DNA of 35,953 bases, taken from positions 1 to 35,953 of the IMG/VR virus record IMGVR_UViG_3300005805_000233; one strand, 5' to 3'. The DNA is from a virus (Duplodnaviria; Caudoviricetes). This document shows positions 1-8,738 of the stretch, piece after piece (the first letter of the stretch is position 1; every line of letters begins with the position of its first letter). The position numbers and the translations under genes are program-made. The notes below the pieces were generated by a model. That model did no database searches and had not been told where the DNA came from. It saw only the letters and a list, made by a program, of their open reading frames with translations.

Positions 1-340
1 GTTTATCTACATTCCTTGAAACCACATAATCAATAGGAACTTCAAGTGCAATACATGCTTGCATAACATACCACATCAGATCTCCAAGTTCTGTGATCAA
101 ATGGTCTTTGTTATCTTCATTCCAAGATTTACCTTGGAAAATCATTTTCTTAATGATCTCAAGGAACTCCCCACCTTCAGCATTGATACCCACTCCAGCA
201 GTAAGAAGGCGTTCAATGTTAGCACCTTTGCCATCCAATTCTACAATTCTATCAGAAAATGATACAAAATCTTTAGATGCATCAGATGTTACTGCATCTA
301 CAAAATGTTGGTACTTGTTAAAATCAACTTTTTCAATCAT
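1..340 (-). CDS. mazG: MazG-like nucleoside triphosphate pyrophosphohydrolase (partial, runs off the left edge)
   Basis: Not in ORF track; manual translation from ATG at 340 (ATGA overlap with gp41 stop): [19 protein letters not shown]...AEGGEFLEIIKKMIFQGKPW...ELGDLMWYVMQACIAL, with MazG ExxE...ELGD motifs; usual cyanophage position after gp41. Confidence 0.9.
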   Translation of the reverse strand, partial: MIEKVDFNKYQHFVDAVTSDASKDFVSFSDRIVELDGKGANIERLLTAGVGINAEGGEFLEIIKKMIFQGKSWNEDNKDHLITELGDLMWYVMQACIALEVPIDYVVSRNVDK

Positions 341-1719
341 GAGAATTTAAAATTTGCGAATTTTTCTTTTTTGGATTCTTCTTTAAAAGTATACTCTTCT
401 TCTTGTCCAGAGTCAAGTATGTCCTGTTGAGCACTCTGCTCTACATCATAGAGACGCATCTTTGCTCTATCAATACCAACAACGAATCTCTTATTGATGG
501 TAGGATCATTATATCTATTTTTTAATTGCTTCACCATAATTTGTCCCATTTGCTCCAAATCCTCTGTACTGATGAGAGCAAACATAAGATCAGCAGTAGC
601 TGGCAAACCAAAAGATTCACTGGTATCAGTGAGATCGACATCACTATTACCATAACCACTCCTAGTAGTTTGTGTAGCAGATACGATTGGGACATTACAT
701 TCAACTGCAAGTCCTCTGAGTTCTTCAGCAATTGCTTTGACATATGAATAAGAATTTACAGAAAAGTTTGCCTTATATCTAGAGGAACCACAAATATTAA
801 GATAGTCAATGAAAATAATGTCAGGTCTAAATGATTTCTTAAGTGCCAGTTCATTAAGAAGTGCCTTGAAATGCCCAGAGTGTGCTGATGCAGTTGGATA
901 CTCTTTAATAATCAGAGTACCTTGTGTTTTCTTAGCAAGGGCATTTACCTTGGTATCAAACATTGGTTTTGGCAGATCTTGAATATCTTTAATGTTTACA
1001 TTCAAGAGGTTAGCGTCAATCCTTTCTGCAATGCGCTCTTCTGCCATTTCAAGCGTAATGTACAGTACGTTCCGTCCTTGGAGCAAGACGGAGCTAGCCA
1101 CATGGCACATGAATAAAGATTTCCCGACGCCTGTACCAGCAAGTGCGATATTGAGAGTTTTGTTAGGGAGACCACCCTTTGTGATTTTGTTGAAATACTC
1201 CAAATCAAATGGGATTTTGTTTTCTTTTCTGTGGTATGAATCATATCTTTGTTCATAGTCCTTTAAATAATCGTGTCCAATGTTGTTATCAAATCCAACA
1301 GCAAGTGCTTCTTGAAGAATGGATGGAATAGAATCTCTTGACTTTTTTTCATCTTGCCCATCTGCAATTTTAATACTTTCCATAAGTGCAAGATAAATTG
1401 CTCTATCTCTACACCACTTTTCTGTAGTATCAATTAACCATTGCTTATCTGCAGATGAATCATCAAGAGTATAGATGTATTCACAAATAGTTTTGTAAGT
1501 ATCTTCTGTAATATCTGTTCTTTTTTCTGTTTCAATTAAAAGAACTTCTTTAGTAGCAAGATCATCATAAGCAACAATAAACTTACAGATCTCTTCAAAA
1601 ACTACTTTCTCATGAATATTTTCAAAGTATTCAGTTTTAAGGAAAGGAAGAACTTTCCTACAGTATTCATTATTAAAAAGTAAATTTCTTAAGATAGTAG
1701 TTTCTACTTTTTCCATCAT
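337..1719 (-). CDS. gp41: Replicative DNA helicase (T4 gp41)
   Basis: Walker [32 protein letters not shown]; follows uvsX. Confidence 0.97.
   Translation of the reverse strand: MMEKVETTILRNLLFNNEYCRKVLPFLKTEYFENIHEKVVFEEICKFIVAYDDLATKEVLLIETEKRTDITEDTYKTICEYIYTLDDSSADKQWLIDTTEKWCRDRAIYLALMESIKIADGQDEKKSRDSIPSILQEALAVGFDNNIGHDYLKDYEQRYDSYHRKENKIPFDLEYFNKITKGGLPNKTLNIALAGTGVGKSLFMCHVASSVLLQGRNVLYITLEMAEERIAERIDANLLNVNIKDIQDLPKPMFDTKVNALAKKTQGTLIIKEYPTASAHSGHFKALLNELALKKSFRPDIIFIDYLNICGSSRYKANFSVNSYSYVKAIAEELRGLAVECNVPIVSATQTTRSGYGNSDVDLTDTSESFGLPATADLMFALISTEDLEQMGQIMVKQLKNRYNDPTINKRFVVGIDRAKMRLYDVEQSAQQDILDSGQEEEYTFKEESKKEKFANFKFS
1071..1092 (-). other. Intragenic hairpin in gp41
   Basis: Minus strand TCCGTC-TTG-CTC-CAA-G-GACGGA: 6+3 bp stem with one bulge, in a locally CG-rich patch. 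Confidence 0.5.
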
Positions 1720-2723
1720 CCTCCATAACTAAATTCTTGTTTTGCAGCTTCATCAAGTGCTTGCATTATTTCTGGGGTGAAATACTTTTCTGGATTTTCA
1801 TTAATAGTTTTTCCAAATTGAGTTGTGCCGTCTCCCACATCATAACGAGTTCCCACTTTTTTAAATATTTCATACTTTTCTGCTAGTTCTAAAAGACCAT
1901 AATACTTATCTAGTCCCCTTTCATCATAAAACAATCTAATTTCTACATCTTTATTTTCTTTACTTAATCTAGATTTGTGGGTCTTTGCCTTAATAATATT
2001 TCCAATAACTTCTGTTCCATCCTTTTCTTTTTTCTTAGAAAGATAGATGATAGTAGATGCTGCATATTTAAGACCAGAACCACCACTCATTTCTTTCATT
2101 GGAACATATGATCCAACTACATCATAGGTATGATTAGTTACAATCATAGGAATGTTTGCTTGACCTAATTTAAGAGTAAGCATTCTAAATGCACCTTTTA
2201 CAAGTTGAGATTTAGTCATGTCTCTAACCTGTTTATCATTCAAACTATCTTCAATTTCCTTTGAAGTAGAAAGCATACCAAGAGAATCAAGAACAAACAT
2301 ACAAGGATTACGATCTTCAGGTTTCTTCTTTTGATATAAATCTACTGCTTTAAGTGCCTTAGATCTAAACTCTTCAATAGTTACTACATTAATAACCACT
2401 ACCCTTGAAATATCAAGTCCTCTACTTTTAAGCATTGATTTAGTTACTGCTGCTTCAGTATCAAAATACAAACAATATCCAGTAGGATTATTATCAAGGA
2501 AATTTTTAAGAACTGCCAGAGAAAAGAAAGTTTTTCCTGTAGAACTTTCACCTGCGATTGCAGTAATTTTATTACCAGATACACCACCAAATATACTGCC
2601 GGATACAAGAGCATTAAAAATGTACGAACCTGTATCCACAAAAGTTTCAGATTCATCAATGTCTGATGCAAGAGAAGCATATTCTCCACCAATTTCTTTT
2701 ACAATATCTTTTAAAAAGTCCAT
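1716..2723 (-). CDS. uvsX: RecA-like recombinase UvsX
   Basis: AGESSTGKT Walker [23 protein letters not shown]. Confidence 0.96.
   Translation of the reverse strand: MDFLKDIVKEIGGEYASLASDIDESETFVDTGSYIFNALVSGSIFGGVSGNKITAIAGESSTGKTFFSLAVLKNFLDNNPTGYCLYFDTEAAVTKSMLKSRGLDISRVVVINVVTIEEFRSKALKAVDLYQKKKPEDRNPCMFVLDSLGMLSTSKEIEDSLNDKQVRDMTKSQLVKGAFRMLTLKLGQANIPMIVTNHTYDVVGSYVPMKEMSGGSGLKYAASTIIYLSKKKEKDGTEVIGNIIKAKTHKSRLSKENKDVEIRLFYDERGLDKYYGLLELAEKYEIFKKVGTRYDVGDGTTQFGKTINENPEKYFTPEIMQALDEAAKQEFSYGG
2601..2637 (-). other. Intragenic hairpin in uvsX
   Basis: Minus strand GGATACAGG...CTTGTATCC 9-bp stem (one G-U) enclosing an inner CATT/AATG stem. Confidence 0.4.
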
Positions 2724-2725
2724 AG

Positions 2726-5218
2726 TTAACTAAAAAGGAATTCTAATGTGTTTTTCTTTTCAGTGCCCCAACCAATACACTGAAGAATGGTTTTTAAAGG
2801 TTCCAAAAAACTTTTATCAAATTGAAGTTCATAATCAACATACTTGTTAAGATTTAATTCTTTGGGAAATTGTTGAATAAAGGAGATAACATTCTCTCTA
2901 ATTGGGTTTGCTTTTTTAAGATAACAAAATTTAATTTTCTCACCATTATTAATAATAGGATACTTATTGTCCAACTTTTTTTCCCTAATATAGTGATTAT
3001 ACAACAGAACCCCTCTAATGTGAATAGGACTTCCTTTTTCGTAAATTGATACAGAGGACTTGTATTTATTGATATTGTTGGCAGATCTTGGGAAAGAAAT
3101 TTCTTCTGGAGGAAGGCTATAAAAATACTTTCTACTGTTGTTGATATATTCAATCATATCATCTTCAGTTTTAGTCATAATAATTTTAAATGCTTCCTTA
3201 ATCATAGACCTGCAAGGTGCTGGTGTTGAGGACTTAACAGCTTCCATACCCATGATCTTAAGTTTAGGTTCAGAATACCTAACACCTTCACTGTCCCACA
3301 CATTCAGAATGTATCTTTTCTTTGCAGTCCAGATACCTCTTTCTGCAATGTTTTCCCTCTTCATCTGCATCTTTTGATCATATGCATTTACATAGTCAGC
3401 CAATTCTTGGTAAGAACTTTCAATATACTTTTCAAATTCCACCTTACAGATCTTATCAAGGAACGAGACAATGCCTTCAGTAGTTTTCTCTCTTCCCTTG
3501 AATATAGTTTCAACCAAAGGACCCATATTAAGATAAATGGAATCAGTATCAGAAGCAATGACATAATCAACATCCTTAGTTTTAAGAATTTTATTGAGAT
3601 AGGTATTCATTTTATCTTCAATCCAACGGATTGAAACTTGTCCAGAAAGAGTAACTGCTTCAGCATTTTCCAATTTATAGTACCTAAAGTACTCATTACC
3701 AACAGCACCATAAGCAGAATTCAATTGAATCTTTCTTGCCATTTGGATGTTCTTACACCTGGAGATTTCCTTTTCCAATTCTTTGGTAGGTGTCTTTTCA
3801 TATTGCTGTTGGGCAGCAAGCATCTTCTTTTTGTATACAGTTCTATCTTTGTAGATTTTGTCCATCAGTTCTGGAAGGAATCCACGAACATCTTTCCTAT
3901 ACATAGATCCATTTGCACAAACTGCATATGGAAAATCTTCTGGAATATTAATTTGTTTTTTAAGAACTTTATCAACTGAGATGTTAAGGAATTTATCCTC
4001 AATCAAAGTTTCAGGACTTATATTGTATTGCATAATAAGGTGTGGGTATAGGCTATTAAGGTCAAAAGACACCACCCAATCATGCCTTCCTACAACAGGA
4101 TCTTTTACATATGCACCAGCATATTTTTGATCTTTTCTATTTTCTTTTTTAAAAGGAATAACAATATCCCTTTCTTTTAGATAATTGTAAATGATAGAAT
4201 CCCACATCCTCACCTGATAAAATACATCAGTATAATTACCCTTTGAGTCATATGCCATAGTAATGGCAAGTTCAATTAGTTTCATCTTGTCTTCCAAACG
4301 GTCAACAAGTTCCACGTCCTTGATGTTGTATTCTACAAACTTTTGCCAGTCCTTAGTATAGAACTCTTTAAAGGTGTCATACTCACTGTGGTCCAGTTTT
4401 TTCTGACCAAGTTCTACATTGGCAATATGATCCAATCTATAAGATTCTTGATTAGTATATGTAAACTTTTTGTATAGATTCAAATAATCAAGTAGAGTAA
4501 CCCCAGCAATATCATATACTTTGTGAGTTCTACCATTAACAATAAGTTCTCCCTCAGTTACAATTCCCCAGGGAGAAATTTGTTTGGCAACCTTTTCGCC
4601 AAGAACTTTACAAAGACGTCCATACAAATATGGAATGTCATAGAAATCACTATTCCATCCAGTAATAACCTCTGGGTGATTAGATTCCCAATAGAACATA
4701 AACTGATCTAACAGATCTGCTTCTCCATTACATTGGAAATATTTTACCTTTGGGTTTGTATTAACAAATGGTCTAACTCCCCAAGTAAGAATATTTTTGG
4801 TAGCATAATCTTGAATAGAAATAGTAAGGAGTTCTTCCTCACATGATTCCACATCTGGGAATCCTTTCTCAGATGCTACCTCAATGTCAATGGTAATTAA
4901 CTTAATTTTAGTAATATCAAACTTTACTTCTCCAGGATATGTCTCAGAAATATACTGATTGATATACCTTGTGTTTCCATAAATTTGGAAATTTTCTACA
5001 TTTTCATATTTACTAATGAATTCTCTAGTTTCTCTAATGGTTCCAGGTTTAATTTCTTCAACATAATTTCCCTCAAGAGTTTTATATTTTGTCTTCTTTT
5101 TGCTGGGAACAAATAATGTAGGGTAAAACATTTCCCTGTTTTTAAAATGTTCACCATTGTTAAAACCTCTGGAAAGTATTTCATTTCCAACAAGAACTAC
5201 ATTAGTATAATATTTCAT
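2726..5218 (-). CDS. gp43: Family B DNA polymerase (T4 gp43), uninterrupted
   Basis: Exo motifs DIE, WNSDFYD, YNIKD; Pol motifs [26 protein letters not shown]; 830 aa. Confidence 0.98.
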   Translation of the reverse strand: MKYYTNVVLVGNEILSRGFNNGEHFKNREMFYPTLFVPSKKKTKYKTLEGNYVEEIKPGTIRETREFISKYENVENFQIYGNTRYINQYISETYPGEVKFDITKIKLITIDIEVASEKGFPDVESCEEELLTISIQDYATKNILTWGVRPFVNTNPKVKYFQCNGEADLLDQFMFYWESNHPEVITGWNSDFYDIPYLYGRLCKVLGEKVAKQISPWGIVTEGELIVNGRTHKVYDIAGVTLLDYLNLYKKFTYTNQESYRLDHIANVELGQKKLDHSEYDTFKEFYTKDWQKFVEYNIKDVELVDRLEDKMKLIELAITMAYDSKGNYTDVFYQVRMWDSIIYNYLKERDIVIPFKKENRKDQKYAGAYVKDPVVGRHDWVVSFDLNSLYPHLIMQYNISPETLIEDKFLNISVDKVLKKQINIPEDFPYAVCANGSMYRKDVRGFLPELMDKIYKDRTVYKKKMLAAQQQYEKTPTKELEKEISRCKNIQMARKIQLNSAYGAVGNEYFRYYKLENAEAVTLSGQVSIRWIEDKMNTYLNKILKTKDVDYVIASDTDSIYLNMGPLVETIFKGREKTTEGIVSFLDKICKVEFEKYIESSYQELADYVNAYDQKMQMKRENIAERGIWTAKKRYILNVWDSEGVRYSEPKLKIMGMEAVKSSTPAPCRSMIKEAFKIIMTKTEDDMIEYINNSRKYFYSLPPEEISFPRSANNINKYKSSVSIYEKGSPIHIRGVLLYNHYIREKKLDNKYPIINNGEKIKFCYLKKANPIRENVISFIQQFPKELNLNKYVDYELQFDKSFLEPLKTILQCIGWGTEKKNTLEFLFS
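3617..3635. other. Perfect 8-bp inverted repeat within gp43
   Basis: TTCAATCC-aac-GGATTGAA. Confidence 0.4.
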
Positions 5219-5478
5219 TTAATAGTTTTCAAATAAAGTTCAATTTGATCTGGTTTTGGATCAACAATAGTAAGAATAGAATCAGAGTGGATCATAATCT
5301 CTCTTTGATCCACAAAAATAGGCCATTTTTTCATATAATAACTCGAAGCATCTGATATGAACATTGCACAAGGATTAATCAGTTTACAATCTGGTTCTCC
5401 AAGTTCAGATTCTACTTCATCAATTTCAGTAATCAGAATGGTATCATTCTTCAGGATTAGAATCTTCAGGTTTTTCAT
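5215..5478 (-). CDS. Conserved small protein, putative Sm-like fold
   Basis: 87 aa, coupled to gp43 (ATGA); pattern KILILK...LINP...W...I...TIVDP...Y shared with 5444..5749 and 15121..15498. Confidence 0.7.
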   Translation of the reverse strand: MKNLKILILKNDTILITEIDEVESELGEPDCKLINPCAMFISDASSYYMKKWPIFVDQREIMIHSDSILTIVDPKPDQIELYLKTIK

Positions 5479-5749
5479 TCAATCTCTCCAAATAGGAATT
5501 TTTAACTTCATCAAGTGGTTCAAGAATAGAAACTACCCAGTCACATGGAATGGGAATATTTTTATCTTTAGATAATACTGCATAAGGATAAAAAGAAACT
5601 CTTGCAGGAAGTTCTTCATTACTTTCTTCCAATCTAACAAGGTAAGGATTATTAAGAACATATCCAATAACCTTGTCGCCCGAAATCATTTCTTTTACAT
5701 CAGCAACAACATCCTCATATGATTTAAGAATCAAAAGTTTAACAGACAT
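5444..5749 (-). CDS. Conserved small protein, putative Sm-like fold
   Basis: 101 aa; KLLILKSYEDVVADV...LNNPY...DWVVSILEP...Y; similar to adjacent gene. Confidence 0.7.
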   Translation of the reverse strand: MSVKLLILKSYEDVVADVKEMISGDKVIGYVLNNPYLVRLEESNEELPARVSFYPYAVLSKDKNIPIPCDWVVSILEPLDEVKNSYLERLNEKPEDSNPEE

Positions 5750-6467
5750 AATTTTCCAAAGTAAGTGTTTTATCTTGTAATTTTAAAATGTGATCTGCAA
5801 GTTTGTCTATGTATCCTTTGTTTCTTAATTCTTTGAAAACAAGATTTTCAAAGGCAAACTCACCAGATTTATCTAGTCCAGCATTTCTCATATCTCTGAT
5901 CTTTTTCAGAAGATTTTCCAATACTGAAACATTATTTGAGTGCGCAATGACACTGTTAATCTTACTAATCATATCATTAACTTTGGTTTTTAGCAAGTCC
6001 TTATCAACAGTCCCATTAAATTTTCCAGGAAATACTACCCATTTATTATATTTAATTGAGTATACACCTTGATTTTTTCTTCTCTTCTTTCCAACTTCTT
6101 CAATGTAAGGTTCAACTGAATGTCCATAGATTGTAACATCATGTGTTAGGGTCCAAAGTTGTTTTTTATCTTTGAAGTAATCATCCAAAAGATCTGGGCA
6201 ATTTGGAGATTTACTTTTATCAATAACAACATGCAAATCTAAATCAGAATATTTTGTATAGTTATATCCTGCATTACCACCAAGAAGTAGAATATCTTCT
6301 ACAGAACCTTTATCAATTCCAGCATAATCTACCCATGCTGCAGCAACTTTTTTAAGTTGCATTCTAACTTTTGGACGCAACTTTTCACCATCCCAGAAAG
6401 TGGGATTTAAAGTATCATGTATTTGGAATGATATAGATTCTCCAAAGAATCCTTTATATGTTTTCAT
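5739..6467 (-). CDS. Pol-beta superfamily nucleotidyltransferase with N-terminal capsid-targeting-like sequence
   Basis: LLGG(N)...YSDLDLHVV (hG[GS]..DxD) plus third acidic residue in VEPY; begins MKTYKGFFGE; preceded by TATAAATA. Confidence 0.8.
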   Translation of the reverse strand: MKTYKGFFGESISFQIHDTLNPTFWDGEKLRPKVRMQLKKVAAAWVDYAGIDKGSVEDILLLGGNAGYNYTKYSDLDLHVVIDKSKSPNCPDLLDDYFKDKKQLWTLTHDVTIYGHSVEPYIEEVGKKRRKNQGVYSIKYNKWVVFPGKFNGTVDKDLLKTKVNDMISKINSVIAHSNNVSVLENLLKKIRDMRNAGLDKSGEFAFENLVFKELRNKGYIDKLADHILKLQDKTLTLENYVC

Positions 6468-6483
6468 CTATCGCTTTTATTGG

Positions 6484-6491
6484 TATTTATA
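6484..6491 (-). promoter_or_regulatory. T4-type late promoter for the nucleotidyltransferase
   Basis: Exact TATAAATA on minus strand 16 nt upstream of ATG at 6467. Confidence 0.8.
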
Positions 6492-6529
6492 AAAAAGGGG
6501 GAATGGATGGTCTTAGTCATCCCTCCCCC
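6491..6529 (-). terminator. Intrinsic terminator downstream of hsp20
   Basis: GGGGGAGGGATG-actaagac-CATCCaTTCCCCC followed by TTTTTT. Confidence 0.85.
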
Positions 6530-6546
6530 AGCAGCGACGATATTCA
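6491..6546 (-). ncRNA. Candidate late small RNA (~55 nt)
   Basis: Non-coding interval between an exact TATAAATA (6551-6558) and a strong terminator. Confidence 0.35.
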
Positions 6547-6550
6547 ATAA

Positions 6551-6558
6551 TATTTATA
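6551..6558 (-). promoter_or_regulatory. T4-type late promoter overlapping hsp20 stop codon
   Basis: Exact TATAAATA on minus strand. Confidence 0.6.
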
Positions 6559-6988
6559 GATAATCTTTTCTAGAATGATGTTCAGGAACAATCTTTCCTA
6601 GTCGAATGACAAGTAGTCCATCTTCAAAGATGACTTCTCTGACTTCTGTATCGTCCGAGAGTGTCCATGCCCTCTTGAAACTTCTGCTAGCCAATCCCTT
6701 ATGGACAAATGTTCCCTCAGATTCGGCATCTGATTTTTGCCCTTCGACAAAAAGTTTTCCATACTCTGTGAAGACATATACCTCTCCCTTCTTAAATCCT
6801 GCTAGTGCAATCTCTAGACGAGATTCAACGTTATTTATTTGCACCAAATTATAAGGAGGATAGTTAGAAGAAGTTTCATGAAGATTAAACAATCTATCAA
6901 AATACTCATCCATCCCAATACTATTACGAGTGATCTTGTCCATTAAAGTAGGAAGATCAGACGCAGTATATCTCATAAGATTAGTCAT
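6554..6988 (-). CDS. hsp20: Small heat shock protein Hsp20
   Basis: NYPPYN, LEIALAGF, FKRAWTLSD, FEDGLL alpha-crystallin motifs; start moved to ATG 6988 because of GGAG RBS at 6997-7000. Confidence 0.95.
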   Translation of the reverse strand: MTNLMRYTASDLPTLMDKITRNSIGMDEYFDRLFNLHETSSNYPPYNLVQINNVESRLEIALAGFKKGEVYVFTEYGKLFVEGQKSDAESEGTFVHKGLASRSFKRAWTLSDDTEVREVIFEDGLLVIRLGKIVPEHHSRKDYL

Positions 6989-7047
6989 TTTAGTATCTCC
7001 TTTAAAAGCGAGGTTTGTTTTGTGGACCCCTAAGGCATCCAATACTA

Positions 7048-7056
7048 ATTATATCA
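7048..7056 (-). promoter_or_regulatory. Extended -10 sigma70-type promoter for hsp20
   Basis: TGATATAAT (TGnTATAAT) on minus strand just downstream of the regA terminator. Confidence 0.6.
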
Positions 7057-7064
7057 CATCCAAT

Positions 7065-7087
7065 AAAAAAGGGAGTGTTGAACTCCC
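7065..7087 (-). terminator. Intrinsic terminator after regA
   Basis: GGGAGT-tcaac-ACTCCC-TTTTTT. Confidence 0.85.
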
Positions 7088-7094
7088 TACAAAA

Positions 7095-7535
7095 TTATTC
7101 TGTTTCCTCTACTCTTTTTTTCTTAGATCCAATATTGTATTTTGTTTCAAGAATCCACTCATCCTTATCTTTATAAGAAAGGACTTTAATTTGATTTAAT
7201 GGTGCAATGTCTTGAATTTTAGTCACATCATTGATAGTGACAAGACCCCAATCAGCAAGAAGTTGAGCAATTCTATTACGTCTCTGAACATCATTTAGAG
7301 TAAGATTTGCATGTTTACCATCAAGAGCAAACAATTCCTTAAAATGCACTAAGTAATATCTACCTTGCTTATGCAAAATGTGGCAAGATTGATAGATCTT
7401 TTTTTCCTTTCTAGATGCAACCCCAATTCTAGTAAGAGTTTCACGAACTTTCAGAAAATCATCAGGTTCATTTAGGGTAACTTCTACCATTTGGTTTGGA
7501 GACCATTTCACTTCTGGTTCATTAACAACACTCAT
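7095..7535 (-). CDS. regA: Translational repressor RegA
   Basis: DDFLKVRETLTRIG, QSCHILHKQGRYYLVHFKELF, LLADWGL. Confidence 0.97.
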   Translation of the reverse strand: MSVVNEPEVKWSPNQMVEVTLNEPDDFLKVRETLTRIGVASRKEKKIYQSCHILHKQGRYYLVHFKELFALDGKHANLTLNDVQRRNRIAQLLADWGLVTINDVTKIQDIAPLNQIKVLSYKDKDEWILETKYNIGSKKKRVEETE

Positions 7536-7918
7536 CTTTTTCCTCCAGTTTCAAGTTTTTGTTTAATAAAATTAAGTTGTTCTTCAGATAGAATTCTCAA
7601 AGCTTGTTTTGCCTTTTCATTACTATAACCATAGTAAGATTTAACTACTTCAAGGTCTTTGATTTTTTCTTGTTTTAACCAAGGAGAATATCTCTTCTTG
7701 TTTCTGATAATATTTATAAGAAAGTCATATTGCAACTTTTTATCTAATGAGTGATACTTATTCATCTCATTAACATACATTAAACAATCAATGTGTCCAG
7801 ACAAACATCTGTTAATAATGTAAGGTGCATAATCTTTTATAGAGGAAGAATCTTCGTCCATAATATTTTTTTTATTTTGATTGATTGAGTTCAACCAATC
7901 TTTCAATTCATAACTCAT
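7532..7918 (-). CDS. gp62: Clamp loader small subunit (T4 gp62)
   Basis: YAPYIINRCLS, LQYDFL, YYGYSNEKA; directly upstream of regA. Confidence 0.93.
   Translation of the reverse strand: MSYELKDWLNSINQNKKNIMDEDSSSIKDYAPYIINRCLSGHIDCLMYVNEMNKYHSLDKKLQYDFLINIIRNKKRYSPWLKQEKIKDLEVVKSYYGYSNEKAKQALRILSEEQLNFIKQKLETGGKR
7711..7718 (-). promoter_or_regulatory. Intragenic late promoter in gp62, possibly for regA
   Basis: Exact TATAAATA on minus strand. Confidence 0.45.
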
Positions 7919-8738
7919 AATTAATCAAAATCAATTCTTTTCGTTCATGTTGATCTTTCATGTACTCACCAACAGATCTCATAGTATAAGTATGAGCAAA
8001 TTCAATTGCTTTCCATGTATTAAATCTTTCTTTGATCAACTGAGTTGAATTATAACTGACCATCATATCCATATTATTAGAATCACAATCAATAGCAAAC
8101 TTATCGTGATCAAATCCTTTGTGCATTGATCCTCTGTTGCCATAGAGATTGTCCTTAATGTCATAAGGAGGATCAAGATACATAAAAGCACCTGTGTCCC
8201 CATCCATGAGGTAGTCATAAGAATAATTGGTAATACTCCAATTTGCAATCAACTCTGAGTATTCTTTTAATTTGTAAATCCCACGCAAGGAAAAATTGGA
8301 GTTACTTGCTTGCTCTGAAAAAGATGAACTCTCTGTGAGTCCACTAAAAGAACATTTATTAACAATATAAAAAGCAACAGCACGATTGAAGTTTGATTGA
8401 GTTTTATCATTAATATGATCCTTTGATTTTACAAATAACTCTCTTGCTAGTTCTGGAGTATTATGAGCAAGTTTACAGTCAACTAGTTCATTCTGCAAAT
8501 CATATCCAAACATCTGGAGTTGCTGCCAGAAGTTCACAAGAGGTTCATAAAGATCATTTACCCAAATATCTAACAAAGGAAACATCTTGGTGATGTAAAT
8601 TGCAACACTTCCACCACCAAGAAATGGTTCACGAAACTCTCCATAACAATCTTTAAGATTTGGAAAGTATTGTGCCAATTTTGGGACTGCTCTAGATTTG
8701 CCCCCAGGATAACGAAGAGGTGTTTTTAAAGATTTCAT
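7908..8738 (-). CDS. dam: DNA adenine methyltransferase (Dam/D12 class)
   Basis: LRYPGGKS, EPFLGGGSV (SAM binding), LDPPY catalytic motif. Confidence 0.93.
   Translation of the reverse strand: MKSLKTPLRYPGGKSRAVPKLAQYFPNLKDCYGEFREPFLGGGSVAIYITKMFPLLDIWVNDLYEPLVNFWQQLQMFGYDLQNELVDCKLAHNTPELARELFVKSKDHINDKTQSNFNRAVAFYIVNKCSFSGLTESSSFSEQASNSNFSLRGIYKLKEYSELIANWSITNYSYDYLMDGDTGAFMYLDPPYDIKDNLYGNRGSMHKGFDHDKFAIDCDSNNMDMMVSYNSTQLIKERFNTWKAIEFAHTYTMRSVGEYMKDQHERKELILINYEL

Noticed and set aside
5780-5809. Possible sigma70 promoter TAGACA-18-TAAAAT in the 3' end of the nucleotidyltransferase gene
   Set aside because: Mismatches in both boxes and 18-nt spacing in AT-rich coding DNA; plausible for the gp43 operon but too weak to call without TSS data
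6989-7042. N-terminal extension of hsp20 given by the ORF track
   Set aside because: GGAG RBS precedes ATG 6988; the extension is the structured 5' UTR
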